Assembly: GCA_016748015.1 (NCBI GenBank)
Contig: JAAOMT010000557.1
Location: 124,001 to 188,000 of the forward strand
Direction: 5' to 3'
From: Geosiphon pyriformis uo1
Lineage: Eukaryota; Fungi; Glomeromycota
DNA: 64,000 nt
The position numbers were made by a program, and so were the translations under genes. Under the pieces are notes generated by a model. That model saw only the letters and a list, made by a program, of their open reading frames with translations. It had not been told where the DNA came from and made no database searches. Shown piece by piece: positions 38,059-51,017 of this stretch; position 1 is the first letter of the stretch; every line of letters starts with the position of its first letter.

Positions 38059-38688
38059 TTAATATTGAGCTCCATCAAAATCCAACTTGTTTAATTCCCC
38101 CTCTTGAAGTATTTCTTGGATTTTGTTTTTAAGAATTACTTGTGTTATTTGGGTCTGTAATTCTTCAAATTGAGTATTGGTGATTTTTCCCAATTGATTA
38201 CTGGTAACCATATTCATTGCTTTGTTGAGTAATATTTCTGGTCTATCCTGAAATGCTGTGTGTATTCGGTATATGACTCGGGCCTGTGTGAATAAGTTGT
38301 TCTTTTCCACAAAATGTTCTAATTGTTGTAGTATTTTTTTGTCGAATAATTGCTTTGTTTTATTTGTATATAGATTCTGGATATTTATGTGTTGTTCCAA
38401 GTAAAAGTAACAATAGTTTCTTGGAAATTGTTGTATCTACCAATTCCAAGTTTCTTTAGTCAACTCTTGATATAGTGCCTCTTTTGTTGACTCTCTTATT
38501 GCTAATTTTACTTTCATAATGATTTTGTCCACCATATTTTCAGTTTTCTTCTTTGTTCTGAGTTGCAATGTTTTTCTAGTATCTTGATATCAAATGGTTT
38601 GTTGATTGATTGTAATCTTCATTTCTTGGTGTTGGATTAATTGAAAGAGTTGTTGTGCTAGTGAGTGAATGTTGTCTGTAATTTCCAT
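38059..38688 (-). pseudogene. E3 ORF3 (209 aa, unknown function)
   Basis: MEITDNIHSLAQQ...LDFDGAQY*, 630 nt. Confidence 0.75.
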
Positions 38689-38741
38689 TTTCTGATATTT
38701 CCTGTCGTGTTTACCGTGTCTTTATATATTCTTTTGCTGAA

Positions 38742-40123
38742 TCAATTTAACATGTTGTTGTCAATAATAACAATTGGTTCCAGATCTCGTGGAATCTTAT
38801 CTAGTTGAACTAGTATTCTCTGTACTCCTAATTGTGGAATATTACTAATAGATGGTATTGTAATGTTGTGGTATGGTTTCAGTCAATCTCTATGTGCTGC
38901 TTTGGTTAAAATTTTGCTATCCAGTCTTAATTTGTAAGCTCTATTTTCTAGAATTTTTTCTATGTGAAATGGTCTATTCCATTTGGGGTCGAATTTTCCA
39001 CTCCATTGTTTTTTCGCTTTGGTATGATGTAAGAGTATTTTGTCTCCAATCTTGAATTCAACTGGTTTGTTTAGTAGTTGACTATTGTGTCTTTTTTTCT
39101 GTTTCTCTTGTGACTTTTGAATATTATTAGCTGCTCTTCTTTGTTTGTTTTCCAATGTTTCTATTAAGTCATATGTTCTTTTCAGCAATGTTTCTTGAAA
39201 ATTCTCTTCTGTTATTAGTTCAGTTAGATATGTATTAATTTCTCTCTCTACTGGTAATGTTGCTGTTTTACTGTATACTAATTCAAATGGTATTGCTTGT
39301 GTAGTATCTTGCTTTATTGTCCGATAAGCAAATAATATTGATGGTATGAACAAGTCCCATTCGTCCTGGTTTTTTTGGCTGAGTTTGGCAATTGCTTTAC
39401 ACAATGTTCTGTTGAATCTTTTGACTAATCCGTTGGTTTGTGAATAGTATAGTGATGATAATGGTCTCTTAATTCCGAATCTTTGGCTCAATTTTGTTAA
39501 TGTTCTGTTCACAAAATGAGTTCTTTGGTCTGATAATAATTCCTTTGGACATCCATGTTGACAAATTAAATCTTGATGAATGAATTCGGCAATGGATTCT
39601 GCATCTGCTCTTTGAATTGCTTTTACCTCTGGCCATTTAGTAAAATAGTCCATGACTACTGCTATATATCTGTTTCTTTGCTGGTGATTGTTAATGGTCT
39701 GACTAAATCAATTCCAATCTGGTCAAATAGTTGTCCCACTTTGATTGGTCTTAATAGTTTACTGGGTCTTGTTCCTCCTCTTTGCTGACAAGCATCACAA
39801 TTTTGAACATATTGAATGATGTCTGGATACATTAATGGCCAATAGTATTTTTTTCTGGTTTTTTCCATGGTTGCTTCTTTGTAAAAGTGTCTGGCTGTTG
39901 GATTTGAGTGCATGTTGAATAATATTGTCTCTTTTTCTGGCTCTGTAATTACTCTGGCTAGCTGATCTGGATCCCTTCTATTTTTCTAATACTATATATT
40001 TTGGTGAGTGATAAAATATTTTGATTGTTGTTTGATCCTCTTTTGTTCCATTTAAGATAAATTCTCCTTGAACTGTTAAGTGTTTATATAATGTTGGAGT
40101 TGTTGATATTTTTGTATGTTCAT
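38742..40123 (-). pseudogene. E3 integrase (stand-alone ORF; +2 frameshift near 39665)
   Basis: MNIQKYQQ start, HSNPTARH...CDAC, IGIDLV, LSDQRTHF and WNRPF. Confidence 0.88.
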
Positions 40124-40183
40124 CTTTTGTTATTTTTTATTAGTATTGTTCTGGTTTTGTTATATTTTTGGGTTGAAATGTTC

Positions 40184-43100
40184 TTAGATTTGTCTTATTC
40201 ATAACAAACTGTTGGCATTTCCATTGTTTTTTCCTTTCTTATAGTATATAGTATAAGTATATCGTGATAGTGCCATTTTTCATCTGGATTGGTGGCCATT
40301 ATCAAATTCTTGCTTTTGAAGTGATGTTAACTCTTTATGATCTGTGTATATATCAAACTTTTGGCTTAAGTATTTGTTCCACTTCATGACTGCCCAATAG
40401 ATTGCTAAATGTTCTAGTTCTGGTGTTTCATAGTTCTTTTCAGCTGGCATATTGTACTGGATGTTCTCTGCTGTCTGGTTCCTTCTGAGATAGTACTGCT
40501 CCCAATGCTTGGCCTGACATATTAATAGTAATGATGAATGGTTTGTTGTGATCTGGGTAGATCAATACTGGAGCTTGAATGAGCTTTCTTTTTAGAATAT
40601 CAAAAGATTCTTGTTGATTTTCTGTCCATTTATATTTGGTATTCTTGGTTTGCAGATTATTGAGTGGTTGAGCTATCTTTGAAAAGTTCTTTATAAAGCG
40701 TCAATAATAGCTTGCAAATCCCAAGAATGATTTCAATTCAGCCACATTGGTTGGTACTGAAAAGTTTTTTACTATCTTTATTTTCTCTGGATCCATTTTG
40801 ATGCCGTTTTTACTGACTATATGTCCCAAGAATTTTAGTTCTGTTTTGCCAAAGAAGCACTTTGTTGCATTTAACTTTAGTCCTGCTTTTCTTAATTTTT
40901 CGAACATTTGTTGAAGATGATGAAGGTGATCATCAAATGTTTTTGAGAATACATTGGTATTATCCAAATATACAACTACTGATTTCCACAATAAGCCAGT
41001 ATAAACGATTTCTATTAACCATTGAAAAGTGGCTGGGGTGTTGGTTAAGCCAAATGGCATCACTTCAAATTTGAAATTCCCTTCTCTAGTGGTGAATGCT
41101 GTCTTTTCTTTGTCAGCTGGATTCATGGCTACTTGCCAATAACCACTGTCCAAATCTAATGTTGAGAACCATTTGTTCCCACCAAAAGTGTCAAATAATT
41201 CCTGTATTCATGGAGTTGGATAGTTGTCTCCATGAATTACACTGTTGAGTTTCTTGTAGTCCACACAAAATCAGATTTTCCCATTCTTTTTACGAACAAG
41301 TACTACTGGTGACAACCATGGGCTTATTGATAGTTGAATTAGCCCATTGTCAAGTATTCAGTTTATCTCTTGACGAATGATCTTATGGCTGGCTGGCAGC
41401 ACTTTGTATGCTCTTTGTTTAATTGGCATTGCATCTCCAGTCTTGATCTGATGCTGGATGATGTCAGTTCGGCCAAACTTGTTTTCACTGGCAAAGATGT
41501 CTTTGAAATTGTTGAGCAATATCTTGAGCTGCATATGTTGAAGTGGATCTAAGTTTCCTATGTTTATTTGTTCCAATTGTTCTGGTTGGAGTAAATAATA
41601 TTTGTCTTATCCATAGATTGTTTGTGATGTGATGTCAACATATCCACAAAGTTGTGGAAAGTCTGGAATAGGGTTTGGTGGTTGGTTTTCTATTTCTGTG
41701 GTTAAATATCCGATGGTGGTTCCTTCTGGTATGTTGATGATATTGCCAGTGTTGTTGTAGATGGGAATTTCTATGTGGTTATAGCTTTTGGCTAGTATGT
41801 AGAAATTGATTAGTTCAATCTCTCCTGATTCACAAAAGCTTGCTTCAGCTTCAAAAATCTGTTCTTGCTCCTTTTCTTTCTTTTCTATTGCTAGCATGTA
41901 CTGGCTATATGGTGGAATGGAAATAGCTTGACCAGTTGAGATAATTTCTCTTTGGCCAACAATTTTTTCCTCTGCCATATTAACTGGTATATCTATTCTA
42001 CCCATTGATCCGAATCCCTGTATTCCTCTTGCTGTTATTCTTAATTCCTCCCTTTTTCCCACTAATACTAATTGAGCTACTCTAACCAGAGGCAGGAATA
42101 TTGCCTATGCAATTTTTCGTTGGGCTCTATTATATAGGCCTTTTCTGAGTCATTTTGTAGCATAGTGATGATATTTTCTACATATCCCACATCAATTATT
42201 CCTCCTCTTATATTAATTCCTCTTTTTGCTAAACTACTTCTAGATGCTAATTGAACCATTATTGTTGTTGGAATTTTTAGTGCTACTTTCAGATCAATGC
42301 AGATGCATAAATGTGGTTCCAATTGGATGGCCTCTTTTTTTGGATACTTCAGATCAAACCCTGTATTAGTATCATGCACACGTTCTGACATAATACCTTC
42401 CCTATTGTCACTATACCATTTCAACTCTTGTTTTTTGGAGAGATCTGGTAGTGCAATGTATTGTTCATAGTTTAAATCAGAGTTTAAATCTGAGTTTGAA
42501 TTGTCTTTATTGTTATTGCCATTTTGAACAGAGCTGGAACTGGTGTTTTTGTCATTGTCATCAGAGTCTGGATTGTGATTGATCAGCAATTCTGATTTCG
42601 ATGCACAGCTACTGATTGGTTCTTCTTCTTTAGGGATTGTGTAGATCATGCGTGATGGTGGATTGTAAATGAGATCACAATCATCACAATATTCAAAGTC
42701 ACTGAAAATTAAACAATGGTGACACAGTCTTGTATTTAACTGTGCTAGCCATTGTTCTTGCTTTTCTCAAGTAGGTGCTAAGTTTTGGTAGTGTTCATGG
42801 AACTTTTCTGGTTCCAGAAAATTTATGACTGGCTCTGCATCCCAGTCAAGCTTGATGGGTTCTGGTGGATTGTTTTTAATTGTCCTGATTTTTTCTGGCA
42901 ACATGCTTTCAATTTTGGTGATTGCTATCCGCCATAATTTATTGTCGTCATGTGGACAACTGTCCAATTGTTGTACAGCTCTTCTCCAGGTGGCTTCTAT
43001 GGGTGTTTCTTTCTCGACCCAGTTGCTAATGAGAATCATGTATTGGCAGAACACGTCACACGTTGTTACTCATAGAATATAGGAATTAAATATTAGTACA

Positions 43101-46100
43101 TAAATTAGCCAATCAGAATAAATGTAGTAAATGTGGAATTCCAGGATTCCTCTCAAAGGAATTGCAGGATTCCAGGAATTTCAGAATTCTTTTCAAAGGA
43201 ATTGCAGGATTCCAGGAATTCCAAGATTTCTGGTGTGAAAAATTGAGAAATTGAGGAATCTCAATTATGTATATATATAGCAGTAGTATCAGAAGCTAGA
43301 AAATTAGAAAAAATTTAGGCAGTCAATTAGGCTCAAAGTTAAGAAAACTGAGAGTCAGTAGGACTCTCAGAGTCAATTAGACTTGCAGATCATAATTATT
43401 AAATATCCTTCCTTCAAAAAATAGAATACTATAACTTGAAGTGAAATCACTCCCATATTAATATTATTATCCACTACTTAATCTGTTGGCACAATAGCTC
43501 TTGATTATGGCTATTGACAAGACACTTATTTCTTATTTTATTTTCTTTATTTCTTTATTTTCTTTTATTTTTCTTTATTTTATTTTCTTTTGTTGTTTAC
43601 TAATTGATTAAAAGAATTAAGCACTGAGTTATTGACATCAAGGATAGCCTGGTAAAAGACCCAGAAATAAGGGTAGAATTATATATATTAACAGATAGCT
43701 TACCAAAAGGATACGACTGCTAGAATAAATCTGGCTGCTAAGCTGAGAAAAAAATTGGGCATAATTGTGACTCCAGGAAAACTACTACCATCACTACTAA
43801 ATCTCTGTTCATTATACAAAGAACTCCACAACAAAACCTTCAGATCCACCAAACCTTCAAATAAAACAACACCTTTAGAGATACCAACACCAATTATATC
43901 AATTGAACACCAAGTTATGAGTTTGTTATTTGATTTGAGACCCCAAATAATCACCTGTAACAATGTTTCTTCTCTCTCTGGAATGTTGTTCCATATTCCT
44001 TTATCAAGAAGAGTTTCTCCACAGGCTATACATGATGTATTATCCTATTTTCTCACTTGTTTTGGTCTTCCAAAACGTTTGACATGGCATGCGCGGCAAT
44101 AGAACTTAGTTGTCATCTGATATTCTTTATTGTCACCACAGCATGCACCCATTAACAACAATTTTTTGCCACAATCAATACATATTAGTTTGGGTCAGCA
44201 ATAGATCGATGATTGTTGTTAACCGTAGGTGTATAAGATATAAGTGTTGTTGACTTAAGTATTTTCTTCCTTCCTCTCTTTCCCTTTTCCCTTTTTTTCT
44301 TTCCACTCCCAACTCAATGGTTCTTCCTGTTTATTGTCGGTCCAGGTCAAATCATCTGTTTCCCAGATCAGTTCTTCTTTTTGCTTTCCCTTAGGGTTGT
44401 TATTCCATGAGAGTATTGGTGGTAGTTTGTTGTGGTCAGCATTGGCCCAGGAGACTTGGTAAGCTTCCCAGGTAGGTTTCTCTTTCTCCTCCTCCAGTTC
44501 GATCAATAGTTTCTCTCTTGGAGAAGTCTTGAAATGGCTACACGTGGCCAGTACACATATGTGTCAGTCTTGATATGTTAGCTGGAGTTCTTGGGTGTTT
44601 CAGTCTAACGTCGCATTGACTTTAGATAGCCAGTCATTACCAACGAGAGCTTGGTATTGAGTGGCTTCCATCACTAGAACTTTAATGGAAGTCACAATGC
44701 CATTGACTTCAAAAGGGAAGTCATCAATTTTGCCAATTGGAGTTTTGGTCGCTCCATTGGCTGTGATGATTCTGGTGCTGGCAGCTCGATCAACTTGGCA
44801 ACCTAATTGATCCATGAATTGTCGTGTGATGATGCTGCCTGCTGAACTGCTGTCAAGGATCAATTTGATGGATTGTTCCTCAACTTTGGCATCAGTGTAT
44901 ATCGCAGTGATTGATTTGGCTTCAAGAGCGGCTCCACTAAATAATAGCGTTGTAGTTGTTTCCTCAAATTTGAATGGGAATATAGCAGCCAAAGACTTGT
45001 CTTTGGTAATGATAGCAGATGGGATATTGCTGGTGAGTGGTTGTTTTTGGGCAAATGCCAGGTTATTGGTTGAGGCATCTTCTAAGGTGACCAGGAGACT
45101 TAAATAGTTTTGGGAATTCAGGTTCTGGAGTTGACTGGCACCCGAATTCCACTGGCATAATCCAGATGGTTGCTGTGAAGAACTGGAGATTAGTTAATGG
45201 ACTACTATTGCCGATCTCCAGCTCTGTTGAGTCATTCTCAGTCTTTAGATTCCATTTGGTGGTAAGCTTTGGGGTGGTGTTTGGATTTGTTGGAGCTGAT
45301 AGATTATTTGTGGCTGTGGTTGTTAATAAATTACTTGTGGCTGTGGTTGATAGATTGGAGCTTGATACACCAGAGATTAATAGACTGATGACTGCATCAC
45401 TAGTAGGTAAGCGGGTTGGTTTTGATTTGGGTACTGATTTGGAGTTTGGAACTGGTGATCAGAGTTTCAATATTGATTTCCCGATCGTTGGTTATTTAAA
45501 TGCAGATGACAGTCAATTTGGATATGTTCTTGTTTACTACAATAGTGGCAAATACACATTTCCTGTGGCCACTGTTAATTAGTCAATAAAGATGGACATA
45601 GTTGATTTTGGGCATGATTAGAGTTTTCTTGATTATTGTATTGTTGTAGAGACTGATAAATGGCATGATTGTCAGCTAAGTATCCTTCCAATCTTTTATT
45701 AATTGATTCACTGAACTTTTCCAATTTGGAATCCAATTCAGATGATCTATTTATTATTAGATTAACGACTTGGACATGGTTAGCCTCTGACTCAGTGGAT
45801 TCAAAATCTCTGGCATGTGTGACTGTGTCTTGAAGAGTGCCTGGATACAATAGACGTACATGTTGCAAGATGCTGCTGCACAGGCCACGGATAAACTGGT
45901 TGAGTATCTGTGGGGCTGTGAAATAGTTGGCATTAATTGCTTGAATTTAGTGCAGGTTTCGATGGAAGCATCTTAGGTAAGTGGTGACCGCTTCAGTTTC
46001 TCCTTGTTTCATGGTGGTGAATGTATTGACTAGGTGATTGATGCTGTTATTGTTGCTAAAGTATCTTAGGAATTCTGCTTTGAAGGCATTGAAATCTTGT

Positions 46101-47269
46101 GGTTTATTAACCAAGCTCTAATACCATAAATTGGCAGTATTTTTGAGAAAGTAGGGAATGGCTTATATTGCTTGGGCATCATTCCATCCATTGGCTGCGA
46201 TGGCTTTTTCTACATCATTCAGCCATACTTGAGTGTCATCCTCTTTGTCAGTAAAGTTGTCAAGTTTTGCGATTGGTGCATAGGCCATTGGACCTAAGTT
46301 AGGTGGTTGTGGTGGCTGTTGAAGCAGTTGTTGTTGTACTGATTGTTGGGGTGATAGTTGAAGTAGCTGTTGTATGGGTTCGACTATGGGATTAATTGGC
46401 AGTTGATCAATGACAATTACCAGAGGTAAGTTTTGCTGATTAATTAATTTGGGGTTTGAGTTGTTCTGTCTTTGATGATTCAAAGTTTTGATTTCCGAAT
46501 TTTCTAGATTTAGATTTTGCTGAGTTTGAAAATTTGGGGTTTCAACTTCCGGGTTTTCAGTGATTGGGTGCTGGTAAGTGAATTCTTAATTCTTTGATTC
46601 TTCTTCCTCTTTTTCTGATTCTGCTGCTTCCCACAGATCAGAGATTCCGAAATCTGGTAGAGGTGGTAGTGATCGAAGTCCTGATGAGGTTGATAATCGT
46701 GAATTAAATTCTTCAAAGTATTTGCCATATGGTCTTAATAATTCTGTTTTCCTTTGTCTACTTTGGAATGGGAATCGTCCAAATACTGATGTTGCAGTTG
46801 ATGAGAACACATCTGTTGATAATATGTTGATGGTGCTTCCAGGTGTATAGTAGTAGGATGGGTTGCTTGGAAATTCAATTCTGTTTTTTTTCCAAGTAGG
46901 TGGCTGTATTTTTCTGGGTGTTACTGCTGGTGTTTGTAGTTTTCTCTTGCCTTTATTAGCATATGTAATTGGATATCTTTGTTGAGTGTGGTGTTCAATT
47001 TTTTTGTTGATCTCAGTGATGATGGATGTGAAATTATAATTTGTTGGCAGATTGGTGTTTTGAATTAACTCTCTATAGAAAGTTTCTCTTGCTGATTCAG
47101 TATTCACTGGTGTTCCTAATAAAGAAGAAATTTTTTCATTGACATAGAAATTGAAGACTGATTCGATGGATATATGATTGTGGTTTAATCCCAAGTATTG
47201 ACAATAGTGTTGAAATAAGAATTTTGCAAATTCCAAATGGTTTGCTCCTATATTTTCTGATTCTGCCAC
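40184..47269 (-). pseudogene. E3 Gag-PR-ZnF-dUTPase-RT-RNase H polyprotein, interrupted by the solo LTR
   Basis: Motifs RSSLA, GGIIDVGY, RGIQGFGSMG, MPFGLTN and YLDN. Short direct-repeat (GCTGG) deletion in RNase H near 40445. Confidence 0.88.
43064..43962 (+). repeat. Solo LTR (E2/E3-related) nested in the E3 Cys-rich domain
   Basis: TGTTAC...GTAACA ends, TSD ACGT / ATGT. CCAAT at ~43109, 40-bp repeats at 43141-43230, TATA at ~43270. Confidence 0.92.
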
Positions 47270-48391
47270 TTTTGGATGGTGTTTGTTGGTGCTGGTTCTT
47301 TGTAGAATTATACTTTACAGGGAGCACCAAATGTTACAGGTGATTTTTTTTGAATCTCAAGTCAAATAACAAACCCATAACTTGGTGCTCAATTGATATA
47401 ATGTTGTTAGTAATATCTGAAGGTATTGTTATCTGAAGGTTTTTTTTTGTTGAGTTCTTTGTATAATGGACAGAGATTTAATAGTGTGGCGATTCATCAT
47501 TTGTTGTCAATTGTTTCCCAATTTCTTTCTTAGCTTGGTGGCTGAATTTATTCTAGCAGTCATGCCCTTCTGGTAAGCTAACTGATAATATATATATATT
47601 TACTCTTATTTCTGGGTCTTTTACCAGGCTATCTATGACGTCAATAACTCAGCGCTTTTAATTCTTAATCAATTAGTAGGCACAACAGAATCAAAGAAAG
47701 AAAGAAATAAAATAAAGAAAATAGTGATGATGAAGATAAGCCAAGGCAATTTAGTAAGTTAGTATCTTGTCAATAGCCATGATCAAGAGCTATTGTTCCA
47801 GCATGGTTAAGTATCAATTATTATTAACATGAAGTGTTGATAGTGAAGAGTAGATTGAGATATAAAATAATTATTTATTTGATAATTGGGAATTGGAAGG
47901 TTGCTTAGATTAAATTTAAACTGAGAGGTCTATCTTTTCAGCTTCTAATCCTGCTGCTATATATACATAATTGAGATTCCTCAATTCCTTGATTCTTCAC
48001 AACAGAAATCCTGGAATTCTGGAATTCTGCGATTTTTTGTCGGGGAATCCTGAAATTCCTGGAATTTTGCAATTTCTGAGAGAAATCCTGGAATTTCATA
48101 TTTACTATGCCCACTTCTGATTGGCTACTAATCATGCTAATATATTTCCTATATTTCTATGAGTAACAATGTTTATTTTTATTTTTACATAATATTTACA
48201 ATATATTATTATTACTTTTATATTTTAAAAAAATTTAAATATTAATACTGTTAAAATTAGTATTTTAAAAAGTATTATATTTGATAAAAAACTTTTAAAT
48301 ATTAGTATTGTTTTAAGTATTAAAATATAAATTATTTTGTTTTAAATTGTAAAATAATATATTTATTTTTTTATATTATAAAAAAAAAAAA

Positions 48392-51017
48392 CTTCTTTCT
48401 CTCTTTCATCCAAAAATCCCAAAAAAGAGTCTATAGTTTTTTCGAAAGAAGTTTTTTACCATTTAGTACGATAATCAAAACCGTTCTTTGATTACAAGGC
48501 CACTGTTGGCTCTGTTATTGCTGTTATGAAGAAGACCATTAAAGCTTCTGGTTCTGAGGGTGGTTTCAAGGCTGTTGCATCAAGAAAGAAGAGGAAGGGA
48601 GGTGTGTTGGAAGAGAGTATTGATAATAAAAAAGTTGTTGCCAAAGCTCTTGGTGTTCATTCATGGAATTCTGAGACTGGTAACACTATAGAATCTGAAA
48701 GTATTAACATGAAGGAAGAATGCTTGGTTGAAGAAACCAGTGTAGACTATGATGATAATGGTACTTTCACAGAAGGGGATCCTGATCAGACACCAAAGGG
48801 TTTGTATATAAAGACCAAAAAAGTGTTAAAGAAGCCACTGGGTGTGATTGATTATGATATGGTCGATACAGAAAATGATGTGTTGGATGATTCTTTTTTT
48901 TTCCCACCTTCTTTTCCAGTTAAGCTGTCCATTCAAGTGCCTGTTCGCAAATTTTTCACTTTAGATATTGATCTGGTAGTGGTGGCTAAAAAATTCTCTT
49001 AGAAAAAAGTCAATTTTGTCAGAAAAATTTTTTCAGATGTAAATGATTTTGGGGGAGGCCTCTACTCCCTCAAAATTTGGTGGAATCATCTGGACATCTT
49101 TCACTTCTGAAAAGACAATAATAGCAGTTGTACAGTTGGCAAATAATTGTGGTGTTGTGGTAAACACTGATCTTAAGCACCCCATCAACAATCGTATATA
49201 TCGGGTAATTGTGTTAAAAGAAATTCCTGTGAGAACTTCTATTGAGGCAGTCCGTGCAGCCATTTCTGAATTTGGGTTTATTAAGTCGATCAAGATGCAG
49301 TTGGTGGGTTTATGCAAAAGGCAATTATCGAATTGAAGGATCAAATTCAGGCTGATTTCTTAGTGGCTGAGTGGTCTATCCTTATTGGGAAAGATGCAGT
49401 ACATGTGGCCCAGACTGATGTTAACAAACAAACATGGGATGCCAGAGATGAATTTAGGGCTTTGCTTTATACTCTTCCCATGGGCACCAATGCTCATGAT
49501 TTTTGGGACTTCATTGGTTCAGTCAGTGGGAAAACATGTGGTATTGAACACAGTTCTGTCAGTTATGTCTGGGCATGCTGTACCACTGTGTGCTTCAATT
49601 TTGAGAGTAGTCTTATTCAGACAATGGCAAACACTTCTGTTATAAAAGGTGTTGGTTTCCAATGGTCTCGTTTAACCACTGCATTGTGTTCAATTTGCAA
49701 AACTTCCGGTCATACTTCTCTCGCTTGTCATATTGCTGGTGTGTCCTCAAGTTCTAGGAGCAAAAGAGCTCCTCTCTTAGCTCAAGATCAGTTCCGTCTA
49801 GTAAAGATATATGAAAAAAAATCTGCCCCTGTTTCTCGTTCTTTGGCTTTTAGTGGAAAAACTTGGGCCTCCATGGTTGATAAACCACTTCCAATAGTGT
49901 TTTTTGGTGGTTCAGCTCAATTTGGTTCCATATCTTATGGTAAACCTCTCCTAACTGTTAATGGTGAATTGAAAAACCGTTTGAAGAATATTGAAAGCAG
50001 TCTTGTCAGCCTTATAGGACAAATTGGTGAGTTGGCTAAGAGATTGGACTCATTTGTGCCAGCAGTTTCCCAGCCTAACCCTAGATGTCAGCTGCCGATG
50101 ACCTCCCCATCGCAGAATCAAGGAGAGAATATAGTGATAGAAGTGGGTTCAGGTGATGCCATTAGTGACAAAACTGCTGCTGTTTTTGGTTCAACTGCCT
50201 TACCTGAGATTGTGAAATTGGAAAACATGTTGGAAGGTCTCTCAGCTTTGGTCATGAGTTTATCAGCACACTTGGACAGTTTGGCTTTGGCAGGTGGTGC
50301 TTTTTTTCTATCTCTTTCTTAATGAGTGGTCTGGTATGGAAAATTGCTACGTGTAATGTTCGTGGGTTGAACAATCTTGTGAAGCAAAATGATGTCATTT
50401 GTTGGCACAAGGATATAGACAATTTGGTTTCTATTTTCATGAAGTCAAAGCTTAAAGAGAAAGTTTGCTTATGGTTGGCCGACAAATTTGATGGTGTTTG
50501 GGTTTTTACTTCTGGTCTGGATTCTGGTTCTTTGGGTGCTGGAGTGTTAATCATCATGAATTCTTCTTTAGCAAAGCATGTCTGCAAGATTTTTGAGGTG
50601 TCTGGTTGGCTTCTATCCATCAAGTTGCTTTTTAAAAATAAACTTTCAGTGTTTATTTTGGGGCTCTATGCTGGTGCTTCATCAATGGCTCGGTTTTCTC
50701 AGGCTGGTGAGATCAACTTTCTCATTGCTAAAGCTGTTAATAAGTCTTCTTTTGTTATTCTTGGTGGTGATTTTAATGAAAATGGTTCGCACAAATGTGC
50801 CAGTTTCAAAAAATGTTTTGATTTGGGTTTGATTAACTTTCTGAGAGGGAGTTTTTCTGTAAAGTCACTTACTTGGTACAATTCTCGTGGTATCACTAAG
50901 ACAATCGACTACATGTTTGTTTCTTCTAATTTGGTTGGTGCAGTGATAGATTGTGGTGTGGATGACGTTGAGGAATATTTTAATACCAATCACAAGATTT
51001 TTTATGTTTCTGTGAGA
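48392..51017 (+). mobile_element. LINE-C: 5' part (ORF1 48526-50325, endonuclease 50322-~51015), 3' part deleted
   Basis: Same 5' start as LINE-A. Motifs CSICKTSGHTSLAC, TCNVRGLN, GGDFN and TIDYMF. Ends abruptly against E4. Confidence 0.9.

Larger units (their letters stand above)
37169..48168 (-). mobile_element. E3: full-length degenerate LTR retrotransposon of the same family, carrying a nested solo LTR
   Basis: LTRs 37169-38045 and 47332-48168, TSD ATGT (37165-37168 / 48169-48172), PBS 47314-47331, PPT 38046-38060. Domain order as in E2. Confidence 0.92.
36700..48350 (+). pseudogene. Hypermutated relic of the ORF1-only family ORF1 (pieces ~36700-37168 and 48169-48350), split by E3
   Basis: 36745-36870 aligns with the reverse complement of 35598-35730, and 48275-48340 with the reverse complement of ~24722-24785, mostly through G>A/C>T changes. 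Confidence 0.7.

Noticed and set aside
43160-43225. STAT or NF-kB sites (TTCCAGGAA, GGAATTCC) in the LTR
   Set aside because: These are motif resemblances only. There is no evidence for these factors in this host.
47314-47331. tRNA gene suggested by ...GGGAGCACCA
   Set aside because: No cloverleaf; it is the complement of the PBS.
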